Part shown: positions 37,480 through 49,310 of the stretch, piece after piece
How positions within the stretch are numbered: position 1 is the first letter of the stretch
How the letters are laid out: the number at the start of each line of letters is the position of its first letter
Assembly: GCA_002633005.1 (NCBI GenBank)
Contig: NMRA01000238.1
Location: 124,001 to 188,000, forward strand
Direction: 5' to 3'
DNA length: 64,000 bases
Origin: Phoronis australis
Taxonomy: Eukaryota; Animalia; Phoronida
Notes under the pieces: generated by a model
What the model was told of the DNA's origin: nothing
Seen by the model: the letters and a program-made list of their open reading frames with translations, nothing else
Database searches by the model: none
Made by a program: the position numbers and the translations under genes

Positions 37480-40400
37480 CTGTAAACATCAATTGATAAA
37501 TATAAAATAAAACACTTGGTGAAGTGTGAGGAAACCTAGCAAACGGAAAACCAAGCGCATGATGATGATTGGAAAAATCACCAACAAAATCTTCACTTAC
37601 AGCACTTAAAACAATGAACTTATCGGAAACAGAGTTTCACTGGAGCCAGGCTCTAAATAGTTCCTCACAGGTCATATGATGAACATAAATGTCTTTGGTT
37701 GAATGGAAAGTTTCGTCAGATACTAGCTTTTAAACTTCGATAAGTATACAACTGTCCAGAACGAATTATGAGTACCCACAGCTCCGGTGTGACTACAAGA
37801 CGAATGAAGTGGAGAATGTGCCAAATGTTCTTGGAAGTGTTTACAACGCCTGCTGGTTCCTACAAAGTCGCTGACCCGTTTACAAACAAGAATGTTCTAG
37901 TAGGGACACAACTTATTAGTATAGGCAACTCAACACCACCCACTCAAGCACGTCAGATTTGTTTGGTCTGAAAGTTTTATACAAGACAGACAGAGCATTA
38001 TAGGTTGAAGTGTGTTTTCTGTAAGAAAGGCAGACTGCACCATGAACATATATATAGTGACGACCAGAAAAAGCGCCTTCATCATTTTCACCACAACCAA
38101 ATTAACCGAGACAAGTATTGAACTGCCGCAACTGTTAAACCGTGTGTAGTGAGCGTTTCGTCAAAGACAACACGTTCAAAATGCAAAACATGAAAATATT
38201 AAATTTTTCGTTTTCTGCATTCTTCTACTGTTTTTCCGACTATTGGTACTTAATATATTTACTTTAAATCGTTCAATTAAAGTTAAACTAAGCAGAAACG
38301 ACTACAGTGAGTGGTATGTCGAAAGAACGCCCGAGCATATCATAACCAGAATAATATTATAAACACATATGAAAGTAACCTAAATAATTACCCACGTGAG
38401 CCGAATTTATGTAAACAAGCGTTAAATACCAACATGCTCTGGCATATACCAAAAGAAACGTAATCGCTAAATTTGCTGACGTCATCAAATTCGACATCAT
38501 CACAAACACTTACTCCTGCCTTTGCAAATAATCTCTGCTTCTGTAGCTGTAACATTTCCGCAGAAGTTCTTGCTAGCTAATCGTATATCTACACGCTTTA
38601 AAACACTTCGATCAACAACAGGTAGGTTTTGACGCTATGCATCGAACTCAATCCAAGAACTGTGATGTCGTGTTGACACGGCATCCTTACAATCTATGAA
38701 AGGAGAACATAGGCCCTCAAGTTTGGGCCTGGTTAATTCTTGGTTAATTCTTATTATCACCGGCTGGATCTTATTGGTTAAGCCGCAACGGACGGTCCCT
38801 TTAATCATTAAAACCTTTCAGGCGAGATGTTCCCCACATGTTCGAGGGAACTCTTTGGCATCAAATATGTTGATAACATTGAAGTTATAAGTAGAACCGA
38901 ACAGCCAACACATAGTTGTACTTTTCATTAGACTAATGGTCGGTTGTTTTGTTGAACCAAAAAAATAACTTAGTTTGCAGATTTTTAACAACGAGACATT
39001 TGTTACCTATCGCTCTTGATAATGAAATTTTTTTATTTCAACGACCGAAAACTTTTTGAATGTTATTACTATGATCGAGGTTAATTGTTGGTGTAATTGC
39101 TTTTGAAATATTACCCAAAGTGAGAAACATCGCTATCTCCACTCATCACGTTTTTCTATCGAAAAAAGCGAAAAACAATAATAAATCAGAACCAGTTTAA
39201 TGCCCATAAATCAGTGGAGAAAACTGGCCTGGAAAAAGTGCCTGCCTTGTGTGATATTGCCAGCCGACTGTAACTGAAATCTTTGCATACATATACGTTG
39301 CACTCATCTGAGTTGTGTTCAAACCCTGGCGTTAGAAGTTTGCAAGTCGCGTCAAAAGTGTTTATGTTGTGCAGTATTTGATTAAATGCATTGCATACCT
39401 ACCTGCCAGTATAAATCTGATTATCTTTCCATACCTGAGCAAGTAAACAAGTTTGTTGCTAGCTGCACCTTTTCTCTTCCCCTTCCTTTAGCTGCACACA
39501 AAACGTTCTCTGAGTATGACAGTACACGAAACAGGAATTTTTATCTTTTCCTTGTCTGACTCAAGACTGTGTACTTTTCTGATCGTTATTGTTAATGCTA
39601 TTCAGTCCAATGACAAATTAGGCATCAGTGCAACAGTTTTATGAGTTGTGATATAATAAAATAGTTGTGTAGCGAGTCGTTATCATTCGAGAAAATGCGG
39701 ACTCGTTAAATACAGGTCGGCACAGGAGAAGAACTGGAGCAGACGACGAAGCACTTCATAACTGAATTAGCAGAATAAAGCAGATACCGTACGTATGGAT
39801 ACTTAGGTCCCTGTACCAACATTTGAGGCTGTGCTTGTATTCTAAATTTGGCATATGCGCCCACATGTGAAGCACTTGGGATAAACCGATATGCGGACTG
39901 GGGCTTGACTTGTTCGCAAAAATAAGACAGATGCAGCTTGAAAGAATTTTGCAGTATTCTTTAAGATGATTCATACTTCACATGAAAATACGATAAGTTT
40001 TATTGGAAGTACTGATAATGGACAACAGACACACAAAATTCCAAGTCTAAGACGTGCACACAAACAAGGGAATGTGAAGTTTAGGAGCATGTCGATGAGT
40101 GGAAAACATTTGAACAGAAATTATTTTGTTGAAAGAACGTACTTTATTTGGCTATAGGCGCAAGGGGTCTAAATACGCGCGTATAATATACAGTACAGTT
40201 ACTCTTTCTCATAAATACACTGATAGAGAATGGCTGTGTTAACATTGAAAGGTTTACCTGACTTCTCACTCCATCGGCTAGATTAGCGGTTTGATTGTTT
40301 ATTTTAATGCACCCGCAACCATTCCTTTCATTAAAGAAGAATTCAGAAATCACAAATCGTCACCGTAAACTGTACATTGACCTGTAAAGTACTGTTCGGC

Positions 40401-40793
40401 GTGGCCGAACCAAAAAACACTCCGTAGCCGGTTTCTCACAGGCGTTCACAGTCGACGGTCTACTAAGGACAACCGGTGATGTATTTACCGCTGTAAATTA
40501 ATAATAGGCATAAAAAGTAAAGATAATGATAAGTTTATTTACTATGACCCGGCAAACACCTGACTTATCTCGACTTTGAAAGACAGGGCCGCAACCAGTT
40601 GTTGGACGTTTGGACGGAGGCGATTTGTGGGTCAAACTAATGTCGCATTGGACAGCTACATTTTTGAATTTCGAAGGCTCGAATTATCAAGGAAGGAAAG
40701 TATATCCGAGCTGTCGTACTCGTGAATACAGTTATTCAACAGCTCACTAGTCAGTTGAACTCAGATGACAAACTGACAAATACGGCTTACACA

Positions 40794-40889
40794 CATGGGC
40801 GGCGCAGCGCTGAAATAAATACCCTATGGTGAGCCACCACCCATGGCCTTGGGCGGTGCAACACCGAAATAAGTGGTTCGCCGCCCATG
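40794..40889. mobile_element. 96-bp MITE with 11-bp TIR CATGGGCGGCG
   Basis: CATGGGCGGCG...CGCCGCCCATG, with flanks ACACA/ATACA. Confidence 0.65.
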
Positions 40890-41857
40890 ATACACTATTT
40901 CACAGTGCTACGAAAGGAAGCACTGTCAAATGTTGTTTAACATGGCTTCTCATTGGTTAAATTAATAAAACTGACGTCATAGCATTCAGTCATTCCCATT
41001 GGTTGAAATCTAGGAAACCCCTTTCAGTACACTGTTACTAGTATGGCGACCACCTTGGACTTGAATAGTTGCAATATATTAAAACTGGCAGTGATCGAAG
41101 TAAACAAAATCAAGGGAACTTCGATCCAGTGGCTTAAGCCCAAACAAGTGCAGTGCGGCATAAAGGCGTGTGCAAGTGGTGGTGATGTGATCGGTATACT
41201 TCCAACCAAGGCATGCGCATTGATGCCCAAACACGGAATTCCGTGCGTCGTTCATCATGTTCAACGGGACCACTGTTCAGTATACGTAGGTGGCTCTATG
41301 TCAGAGGGTAACATGGCTTACGCACACAACAACAAACTTCCGACTCACGAAGGTGACTCACTCAGTGATCACCCCAAAATTAAGCAATTCATATGTACTG
41401 CGAGTGGTGATAGTTCGCCGCAGGGTCATGAATTTTTGAGTGGCGATGAAAAACTTTTTGGTTCGTAAGCCGTGCTGTTTGTGTTGGGCGGTAGGAACCT
41501 GAGCTAATCGGCAAGGATACGTGATAGTAGCGTGTATCATACGGGTGAGGGGGGGGGGACCAAAGCCAAAAAAAAAACAACAGCAACAACAGTCGACACA
41601 GCAAAGGGGTGGTACTAGTCAAGTTAAACCCCCTCGCTATATTCTTATACCCTCTCCTGCATGAGTTGTGTTTGCATGCTAGGAATTACTGTATCCAATC
41701 AGATATAAAGTCTACCTCAGGTGTACTTCGCCTCACCACTTTTAGGTTATTGTCGCGTTCATGCCCATCTCAGGACATTCGCACCCCCGAACTGCCAAGT
41801 GGAATCTGAAAAAATTTTAAGAGGGTGCATGTCCTCCTTGGCCTCCCTCTAAGTATA

Positions 41858-42040
41858 CCGCAAAACATCGCGAGATGTCGCTATGTAATAAAAGCGAAGC
41901 ACGTGATCACATTAGAATCCTTCGCGAGATTCTTGTGCCTGTGAAAGTTAGCCCAGGGCTCACAAAGAATCTCGCTAACGAAGCCAGCGTGATGTCGTGC
42001 TTCGCCTATTATAGATGACGATATCTCGCGAAGTTTTGCG
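41858..42040. repeat. Imperfect ~45-bp inverted repeat, part of a dispersed element also seen at ~44076-44170
   Basis: cgcaaaacatcgcgagatgtcg...gcgaagcacg versus cgtgcttcgc...cgatatctcgcgaagttttgcg. Confidence 0.7.
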
Positions 42041-44125
42041 TGTTTGCGAGGTTTTCACGTTTACGGTCATCGCTTCGTTCGCCGACCACCGTCTTATCGC
42101 CGTGAACAGAATTCAGCCATTTGCAGCAAGTGAGGTGGACAACGGTAGTGGTACTAGAGCATGCAGATTGTTTGCAACAATTTGTTGTCCAATTTTCACA
42201 TCCGTTCTGAAACTGATCATACACAAGAACTGGGAGGAGGCCATTGATGATTTTTCCTAACACATCGTTTTTTAAACTAAGGCAATAAACGATCGCTTTC
42301 CGTCAAAACAAGTTTAGATCTAAACAAATTGGTACATATCAACCTCATCTTGTTCAATCACTCAGCATATAAGTAATTTCTAGGCTTGCGAAGACCTCAC
42401 ATTTCGCTAGTGTGTTTTAGACCACGCAAGTTCAAAATCAAAATCAACACAATACCTCGTCAAGGAGAAAATATGGGTACTCGATGCATTTTAATGATCT
42501 TCCCTAGACAACAGTCCGCGAAGTCAAACTACATCCGAATTAACGGGTAATCCCTGAACTCCTCCTACGGGAGGGAGAGCCTTCTCCGCCCGGGTGTTCG
42601 AGCAACTACCAGACTCGCCCACGGCTAGGTCACACATGACCAGGGGTGCTTCATTATCAGTAAACTGGATGTAGAGAAAGTTAGTTTGGAAGTTTTCAAT
42701 AGTTGAAGATAACTTTGCAAATGTGATATTATGCTACATCGTCAAGTTACAATTAGTATTTTGATGTCAAAGTGATGCACCACCCTCGAATGTCATCTGG
42801 ACAATGTTTTGTGCCTTTGAGATGAGATTCCTGCCTACATATTTTCTATAGGTTCACACAGCTATTTCAAGTGCTCTTTTACATTCACGAGAGTGCACAG
42901 TTGGTTTTACAAATTTTAGGAGTCCTTGAGAGTTCAAGAACAGAATTGTTCACGGAAGTGGTTCGAATGGAGATGACGGAACTATTGACGCCTTGACGCG
43001 TGTCGCGAATATTCATATTCAGATAACGGAATGTAAGGGTAGTCTATCACCGCCTGAACAAAGCATGTACTACCGACAACCCTTAGCAACAACAACTTCT
43101 ATGTCGATAAATCAAATTTTGTCATTTAGTTTGGCAGCATTTCGATGCAATAAAATAACTGGTTTAAATGAACGGTTAACAAAATTGCAACTTCCACTAA
43201 AAACTGCCTTCAGACAAAAAGAAACAACAAATTTTGACTAAGATCAATTACCGTCATAGAATTGGTCACACTTTAGCTAAATGTGAAAGGCTACGTTCGT
43301 GGTTTTGGACGCTGTATGTCTGGAATCTTACAGTGTGTTATGAAAAGTGCGATTCATATTATTTGAACACCACAAGAAATTCAGAAATCAAATTAAATAT
43401 TGTACACTAAAATTTTAATACTCGAAATAAATGGATATCATGGTGAAAACACCATTTGGAAATTTTATTTCATTCAATTCCATTTAAAATTCGTTTTTGT
43501 GGCCAGACTGAAGCGGAAACAGAACCGTTGATTAACCTGTTCATTGATTAAACGGAGTGTCGACATAGGCGAAGCAAATCCTGTTGATCTAAAGGCCATT
43601 TTACCCTCCAAAACCTCGAGCACATTTTATCCTCCACTCCTCTTTTGCTCTACTATACCGTCCACTTCCCTGTACATTTCGAATCCTCTGCGTCACCATT
43701 TAATCTATTCCACTTTTTTGTTATGACATTGGGGTTAAGGACGAATTGTGTTCCCGTACAATTCCTAAATGAGACGTATTTGTTTCCAAAAAAATGTAAC
43801 CGTGGTTGTTCACGGGCGGATCTATATGTCACAGGGGGGGCAACCGCAATTTCCAAAGGGCAAATCTTTACATTATTCCTAAAAACGGCATGCAGGCATC
43901 GAAGGTGTTGCGTTTGAGCACCCTAATTCGCCAAAATCTCCTTATGTCATTGGAGAATTACTGTTGTTTCACATAAATTATCTGAATGGCAAAAGTGACG
44001 CTGAATAATACCGACCACGTTCTAGTAGATTTCTGTGGAGTTGTCACATATTCCCGCTGGCGTTCCGTAGACGCAATAATCTCGCGAATGAAGGTTGTTG
44101 GTCACGTGCTTCGCTTACAACAAAC

Positions 44126-44916
44126 CGCGAAATCTCGCGTCGAACTCTAGCGTGGTCTTGCGAGATTCTCGCGCCAACGGAATTCTTCCTTGTCTGGTGG
44201 CTTGATTGACATGTCGGAACGCCTTCTCAATAGTCTATCGTAAACAATTACATAATCGCAGGCCTGACCTCATCTTTGTCAGGTCAATCACACGCCAACC
44301 GCCAGTGAACAACATTTCCAGTTCTCGCAACGAATATTTTCTGCAACAAACCACTGTTGCGTTACCATTTTAAGATTCCTGAACAAGCTCCACAAATTTG
44401 TCTCAAAATGTTGAAGGAACAGTGGCTGATGTTTGTCTTTACCACATGCAAGCATAAACTTTTATCACGGCACGGCATCCCACTGATTCCAGCATCTAAA
44501 ATTTCATGAGTGACCTTCTGNCGCGAAATCTCGCGTCGAACTCTAGCGTGGCCTTGCGAGATTCTCGCGACAACGGAATTCTTCCTTGTCTGGTGGCTTG
44601 ATTGACATGTCGGAACGCCATCTCAATAGTCTATCGTAAACAATTACATAATCGCAGGCCTGACCTCATCTTTGTCAGGTCAATCACACGCCAACCGCCA
44701 GTGAACAACCTTTCCAGTTCTCGCAACGAATATTTTCTGCAACAAACCACTGTTGCGTTACCATTTTAAGATTCCTGAACAAGCTCCACAAATTTGTCTC
44801 AAAATGTTGAAGGAACAGTGGCTGATGTTTGTCTTTACCACATGCAAGCATAAACTTTTATCACGGCACGGCATCCCACTGATTCCAGCATCTAAAATTT
44901 CATGAGTGACCTTCTG
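44126..44916. other. 395-bp direct duplication across a single N (44521); probable haplotype-overlap assembly artefact
   Basis: 44126-44520 and 44522-44916 differ at about 4 positions and meet exactly at the N. Confidence 0.8.
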
Positions 44917-47900
44917 AACACGAATGTCGCTTGATCACACGATGTTGCCCGTGCACAAGGTCAACAGTATTACGGAGAGTAAAAACAGAAACAAAACAGT
45001 AATTGTTTGCGTTTCACAAGTGCACCAATAACCCGGATTTTCGGCTTTTGATATTTGGACGTACGGAGTTATATATCACAGCGCTGTATGTTACGCGGCA
45101 AGCAAAACCAAGGAAATCGTAAAATTGACGGGACGCATTGAGGTGGCACTGAACAGTTAGACTGCGGCCGCGGCCAATTTGCAGTCCCCTGTTGCAGTTG
45201 TGCATTGCTGTGTAGCAACTAAGAATTGGCCGCGATTTCAGGTAGCTCTCAAACAAGCCAGATTTGCAAAAAAAATAGTTGGTTGACAGTTATTTTGGAT
45301 CACATTTTTGGAATCGGTAGGAAATTTGCTTTCGGAATCTAATGTTGGCTTTAGTCGAGCATCGGCAAGGAAGTGGTGGTTTTGGAGTGAAAAGCGCCGA
45401 TTTTGCATTTTTTGTCCTTTCTTTTCTTAGTCTAGTTTGGTTTCCACTGGGAGTGAAAGGGTCAAAAATACAAGAGAGAACAAAGTGTCTGTGCTCATCT
45501 GTAGGGCTTGTGATGTGAAATGACTCAAAACTTTTCTTTATTTGCATGCAGTTTTTGACAGAGTGAAGAAAGGGTGAAGAGTCCATTGACGTGTGTTCTG
45601 ACAGGCAAATCCCTGTGAGAACTGTTCAGTGCCTCCTGATGGCCTCTAATTACTCAGTCACTCTGGTCCACTATGCCTGAATACTTATTGTAGTATACGC
45701 TGTATATTCTTAATTTTAGTCTTCAGATATTATTTAGTTTCGTTACAGTAGTCTGTCACACAACGGTACATTCTTGGTTTTTAGACATGCCATACATTTA
45801 GTTTCGTTATCTATCTATTTATCTATCTGAGGAGCGCACTGTTGCTTGTCAAAATGACGTAATAAAATGACCAACAAATAGCCTAATGACATAACTGGCT
45901 ATACTAATTACGAAGTGTGATACATTGATAACACAGGCGGAAGCAAGTGATTGCGCAAGCGCATGTAACTAAGTGGAAGCATTACATATGCCAAGAATTA
46001 AGAAGGTGCAACATAACGTTTTGATCTTGCGTGCTGGTACCAGCTGACTTTGCACTTTTGATCAAGTGAGATTTAATTATTTTTCAGAAATGGTTATGTG
46101 GACCAAATTTCTCACTTTAGTCTTAAGTTACTTTTCATGAAATAGAGCCATGGACAGCCAAAGTTCTAACAGCTCAAATCCGACGCGCGTCGAAAATCCC
46201 GAAAACTTCTCACCATTGACCTGCACGAGTGTATCACAGACCCGAGCTCGTTCTTCAGTTAACGTTATAACACCTTACGATGGCCGTAGGAATGACCATC
46301 CGAAGCGTCGTGCCATTATGATTTTATATGGCAAAGCTTTAAAGAGAATAATCCTTTGCCAGTACTCATGTTGATCTCTGCAACCCCCTTTAACACGTAA
46401 CATTGGCATTTCTAGGTAATCATGATATGTGCTGTTTGCTTCCAACATGACCTTGTTATCAAACTAATTTAGAAGAGTCGTCAAGTTTTGTCCCACTGAC
46501 TATAAATAGACCAATGCATTTTAGAAATTAAGTACCATATCACTCACGTCAAACTAAGCCTGTTTAGGAAGTTACTTAATTATGCGCGTAGCTGCGCCGT
46601 AGATTTTTAGTTTTGAACAATTTATAGCCGATCATCACAGAGGACGCATCCATTCCGACACGCTAATGTAAAAGGGAAAATGGTGCGCACAAGGAGCGGA
46701 GACGAGTGTTGCTGAGATCGAGTGAGTTAAAGTGATTATCATTGGCTTTCTGCTCACACAAACGCACATATACCTGTAAATGCCCACACAATCGTAAATA
46801 CGGGACACATGTTTTCAATTAAATTTCATTAAATGAGAACACGTGAGCTCTGCGGAACACTTCAAGGTGTGTAGACAATTGGGTGAACTGGTTGCAGCTA
46901 AGGGAGTACTCGACTGTGTGTGTGACGGGGTGCAGCTGGAATACTAGGATTGTCACACATTTTAGTGAGTGGGATCAAAAAGGAGTTTCCGTAAAAAATG
47001 AAAATTCACCATTTCGATGAAAAAACACCTTTTTGTAGCTGTTAATTTCGTAATTATGTCGTGGGCATTCTTGGACAACGGAATTTTTTACTCAAGAATC
47101 CTGAAACAGTGCAAAAAGGGATGACATGATATCAAAAGTAAGCACACCTTTTGCAATCCAAGCTTTAAACATGTTAACACTTTTAAAGCGACTTTCTGAA
47201 GATTTGTGTTGTTGGAAGCTGATACCTTATGTAAAGTTCAAACTCCCAAAAAAACAGTGTAGGACATTTTATGAGAAGAGGCATTATATGAGTCATATGA
47301 GAAACTGGTTGTGAAAAATCACCCCTCAAATCCCTTATACATTTGTACCTCTTTCATGAGAGTATCTCGGGTTAACAAAAGAAGATGTCTTGTTTAGCGA
47401 TGACAGTTCTCACAAAACCTCAATAAAATAGTTATGTGGAGAAGGACAGAACAGGTAATAGACATATGAATGAGAAAAACAATACGAACAACTAGAATTC
47501 GAATTATAAAATGCATCTCCGACATTTCTCTTATAATGTCAACTATCGACTATACAATAGTTTAAGGGTATCCGAGGATACTCCTGGACCGCGTCTTTGC
47601 GCCATTAGCGCATAAATATAAAAAGACACGAGTCATTGCAGCCGCGCGCCCTCCAGGCCCATCTTTTAAAACGCAGCGATCACTCTTTCAAAAATGCAAG
47701 ATTCTAGTCAACTTACAGCCAGTGTATTTTATTCTACCACAGCGGAACAGCCTGTTTGAAATCTTTGTCAGACTGCCTTTTTGCATGGTCGAATTTTTAA
47801 ATAAAAATGCAACTTTTACAAGAACATGTTCTTATTTCAAATGCCCTTGAAGTTTCTGTTTCATGTGTTATAACTTTAATTACACTAAGGCTGCTGGGCA

Positions 47901-48018
47901 CAACTCTTTGAAAGAAACAATACTTTTTATCATCAGGTGCGACCAAAAGGCACATGGTGAACCTTGATCAGAAATATCCCTGGGTATCACAAATTTCATC
48001 TATCCACCTCCGTAGAAA

Positions 48019-48174
48019 CATGGGCGGCGCACCATAGGGGGCTGAGGTGGCTATAGCCCCCACTTTTTTCAGTGCTGCGCCGCTCATGCTCTATGCGCGG
48101 TGCACCACAGGGGGGCTGGGGGGAGGATTGCTTTAGCCCCCCACTTTTTTCAGTGCTGCGCCGCCCCGCCCATG
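48019..48174. mobile_element. Head-to-tail dimer of the CATGGGCGGCG MITE family
   Basis: Two units, each with gcccccacttttttcagtgctgcgccgc. AGAAA occurs on both outer flanks. Confidence 0.65.
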
Positions 48175-49049
48175 AGAAAGTACAGTAGTACCTCCTCCCG
48201 TGTGGATTTTCATACACAAACTACTGAATATGTCAAGATAAAAACATTGCTTCTGCTTAGCAAACTATAATCAATAGTAAAAATGCTAATAAGAATCGAA
48301 TTTCACACATTGGTCGTCTGCGCGATTGTCATAATCAGCTAGATTACAAATTAAAGTAAAAGGGTAGTCAGGTGATATCCATATCAACTAAACTCGTGTC
48401 TGTCCAGATAGACATAAATCCCGATCTTAGATGACCTGTGGAGAAATTGAACGGGCATTTTACCCACGTTTTTTGTTTTACGAAAACTTTGAAAACGCCT
48501 CACCGCATTTGACACTTGTTGTGCATCTTACACTGGTAAAGCAACACGAAAATCTACACAGCGTACCATGTGCAAGAACACTGGATTTCGCCTATCAGTA
48601 CATCTAAAACAACATCGGAACATTTCCTAAATAACTTGATAGGAGTTCAAAGCCTATACCAGACCTTCTGTTTCAGCAGATGCACAGCCGGCACGTAAAG
48701 CAATGTACGAGGCTATCAGTTACAAAAAACAAATTTACAGACAAAATAATCGATTCCTGCAAGGCCAGCGGGACTATCAAATATCACCAATCAGAAAGTT
48801 TTGCATCGATCATCAGCTGCGCATGTTCTAACAAGACACTAAATTTATTTCACCGCCACGTTTAACCGAACCAGTCTTCCGGATGGACGAGCGAAGTTGA
48901 TTTCATTCGTCCCGCATGTTAAAGCTATTAGAAGATGACTTGACGTTTACGCAGAGCTGTTGCGCCCTTTACAGGTAGCGCGAAAAATATTGACAGAACA
49001 AGCGCGGGAGTTTATTAAGACATGGATGGTAAAAGGGAAGATACCTCAC

Positions 49050-49310
49050 CTCGATTTGAAGAGCTGGTCTCTAAAACCTGTGTCTTGTAGACACTTGAAA
49101 TGTATCGCCGTGACGGCTTCGGAACAGGGCCGAGGTAAGGGAGGTATTCCCGTTATGTTGCAATATGTCGGTAATCTAATCCAGCCTCTCTTAGGCAGCT
49201 AGGGATGCCTTATAGGGCATATGAACCGACAGCATATGAGTAAAAATAACAGACAACCAATGATGTCCGCCTCCCTTAAAGAGAACACGGTTGCATTTTA
49301 TTGGTTGATG
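49050..49310 (-). promoter_or_regulatory. Candidate main promoter and non-coding first exon
   Basis: Donor GAG|gtgagg at 49049. No minus-strand ATG in 49050-49180. CArG-like near-palindrome ATGCCTTATAGGGCAT at 49205-49220, MEF2-like gTAAAAATAA at ~49240, CCAAT at ~49257 and ~49300. Confidence 0.4.

Noticed and set aside
42456-42620. Another alternative first exon (donor GAG|gtattg at 42455)
   Set aside because: The donor is weaker, there is an upstream ATG with a short uORF, and I saw no clear core promoter. It is not excluded, but it is unsupported.
44126-44916. 395-bp tandem duplication as a real event
   Set aside because: The copies meet exactly at an N and differ by about 1%, as expected for overlapping allelic contig ends.
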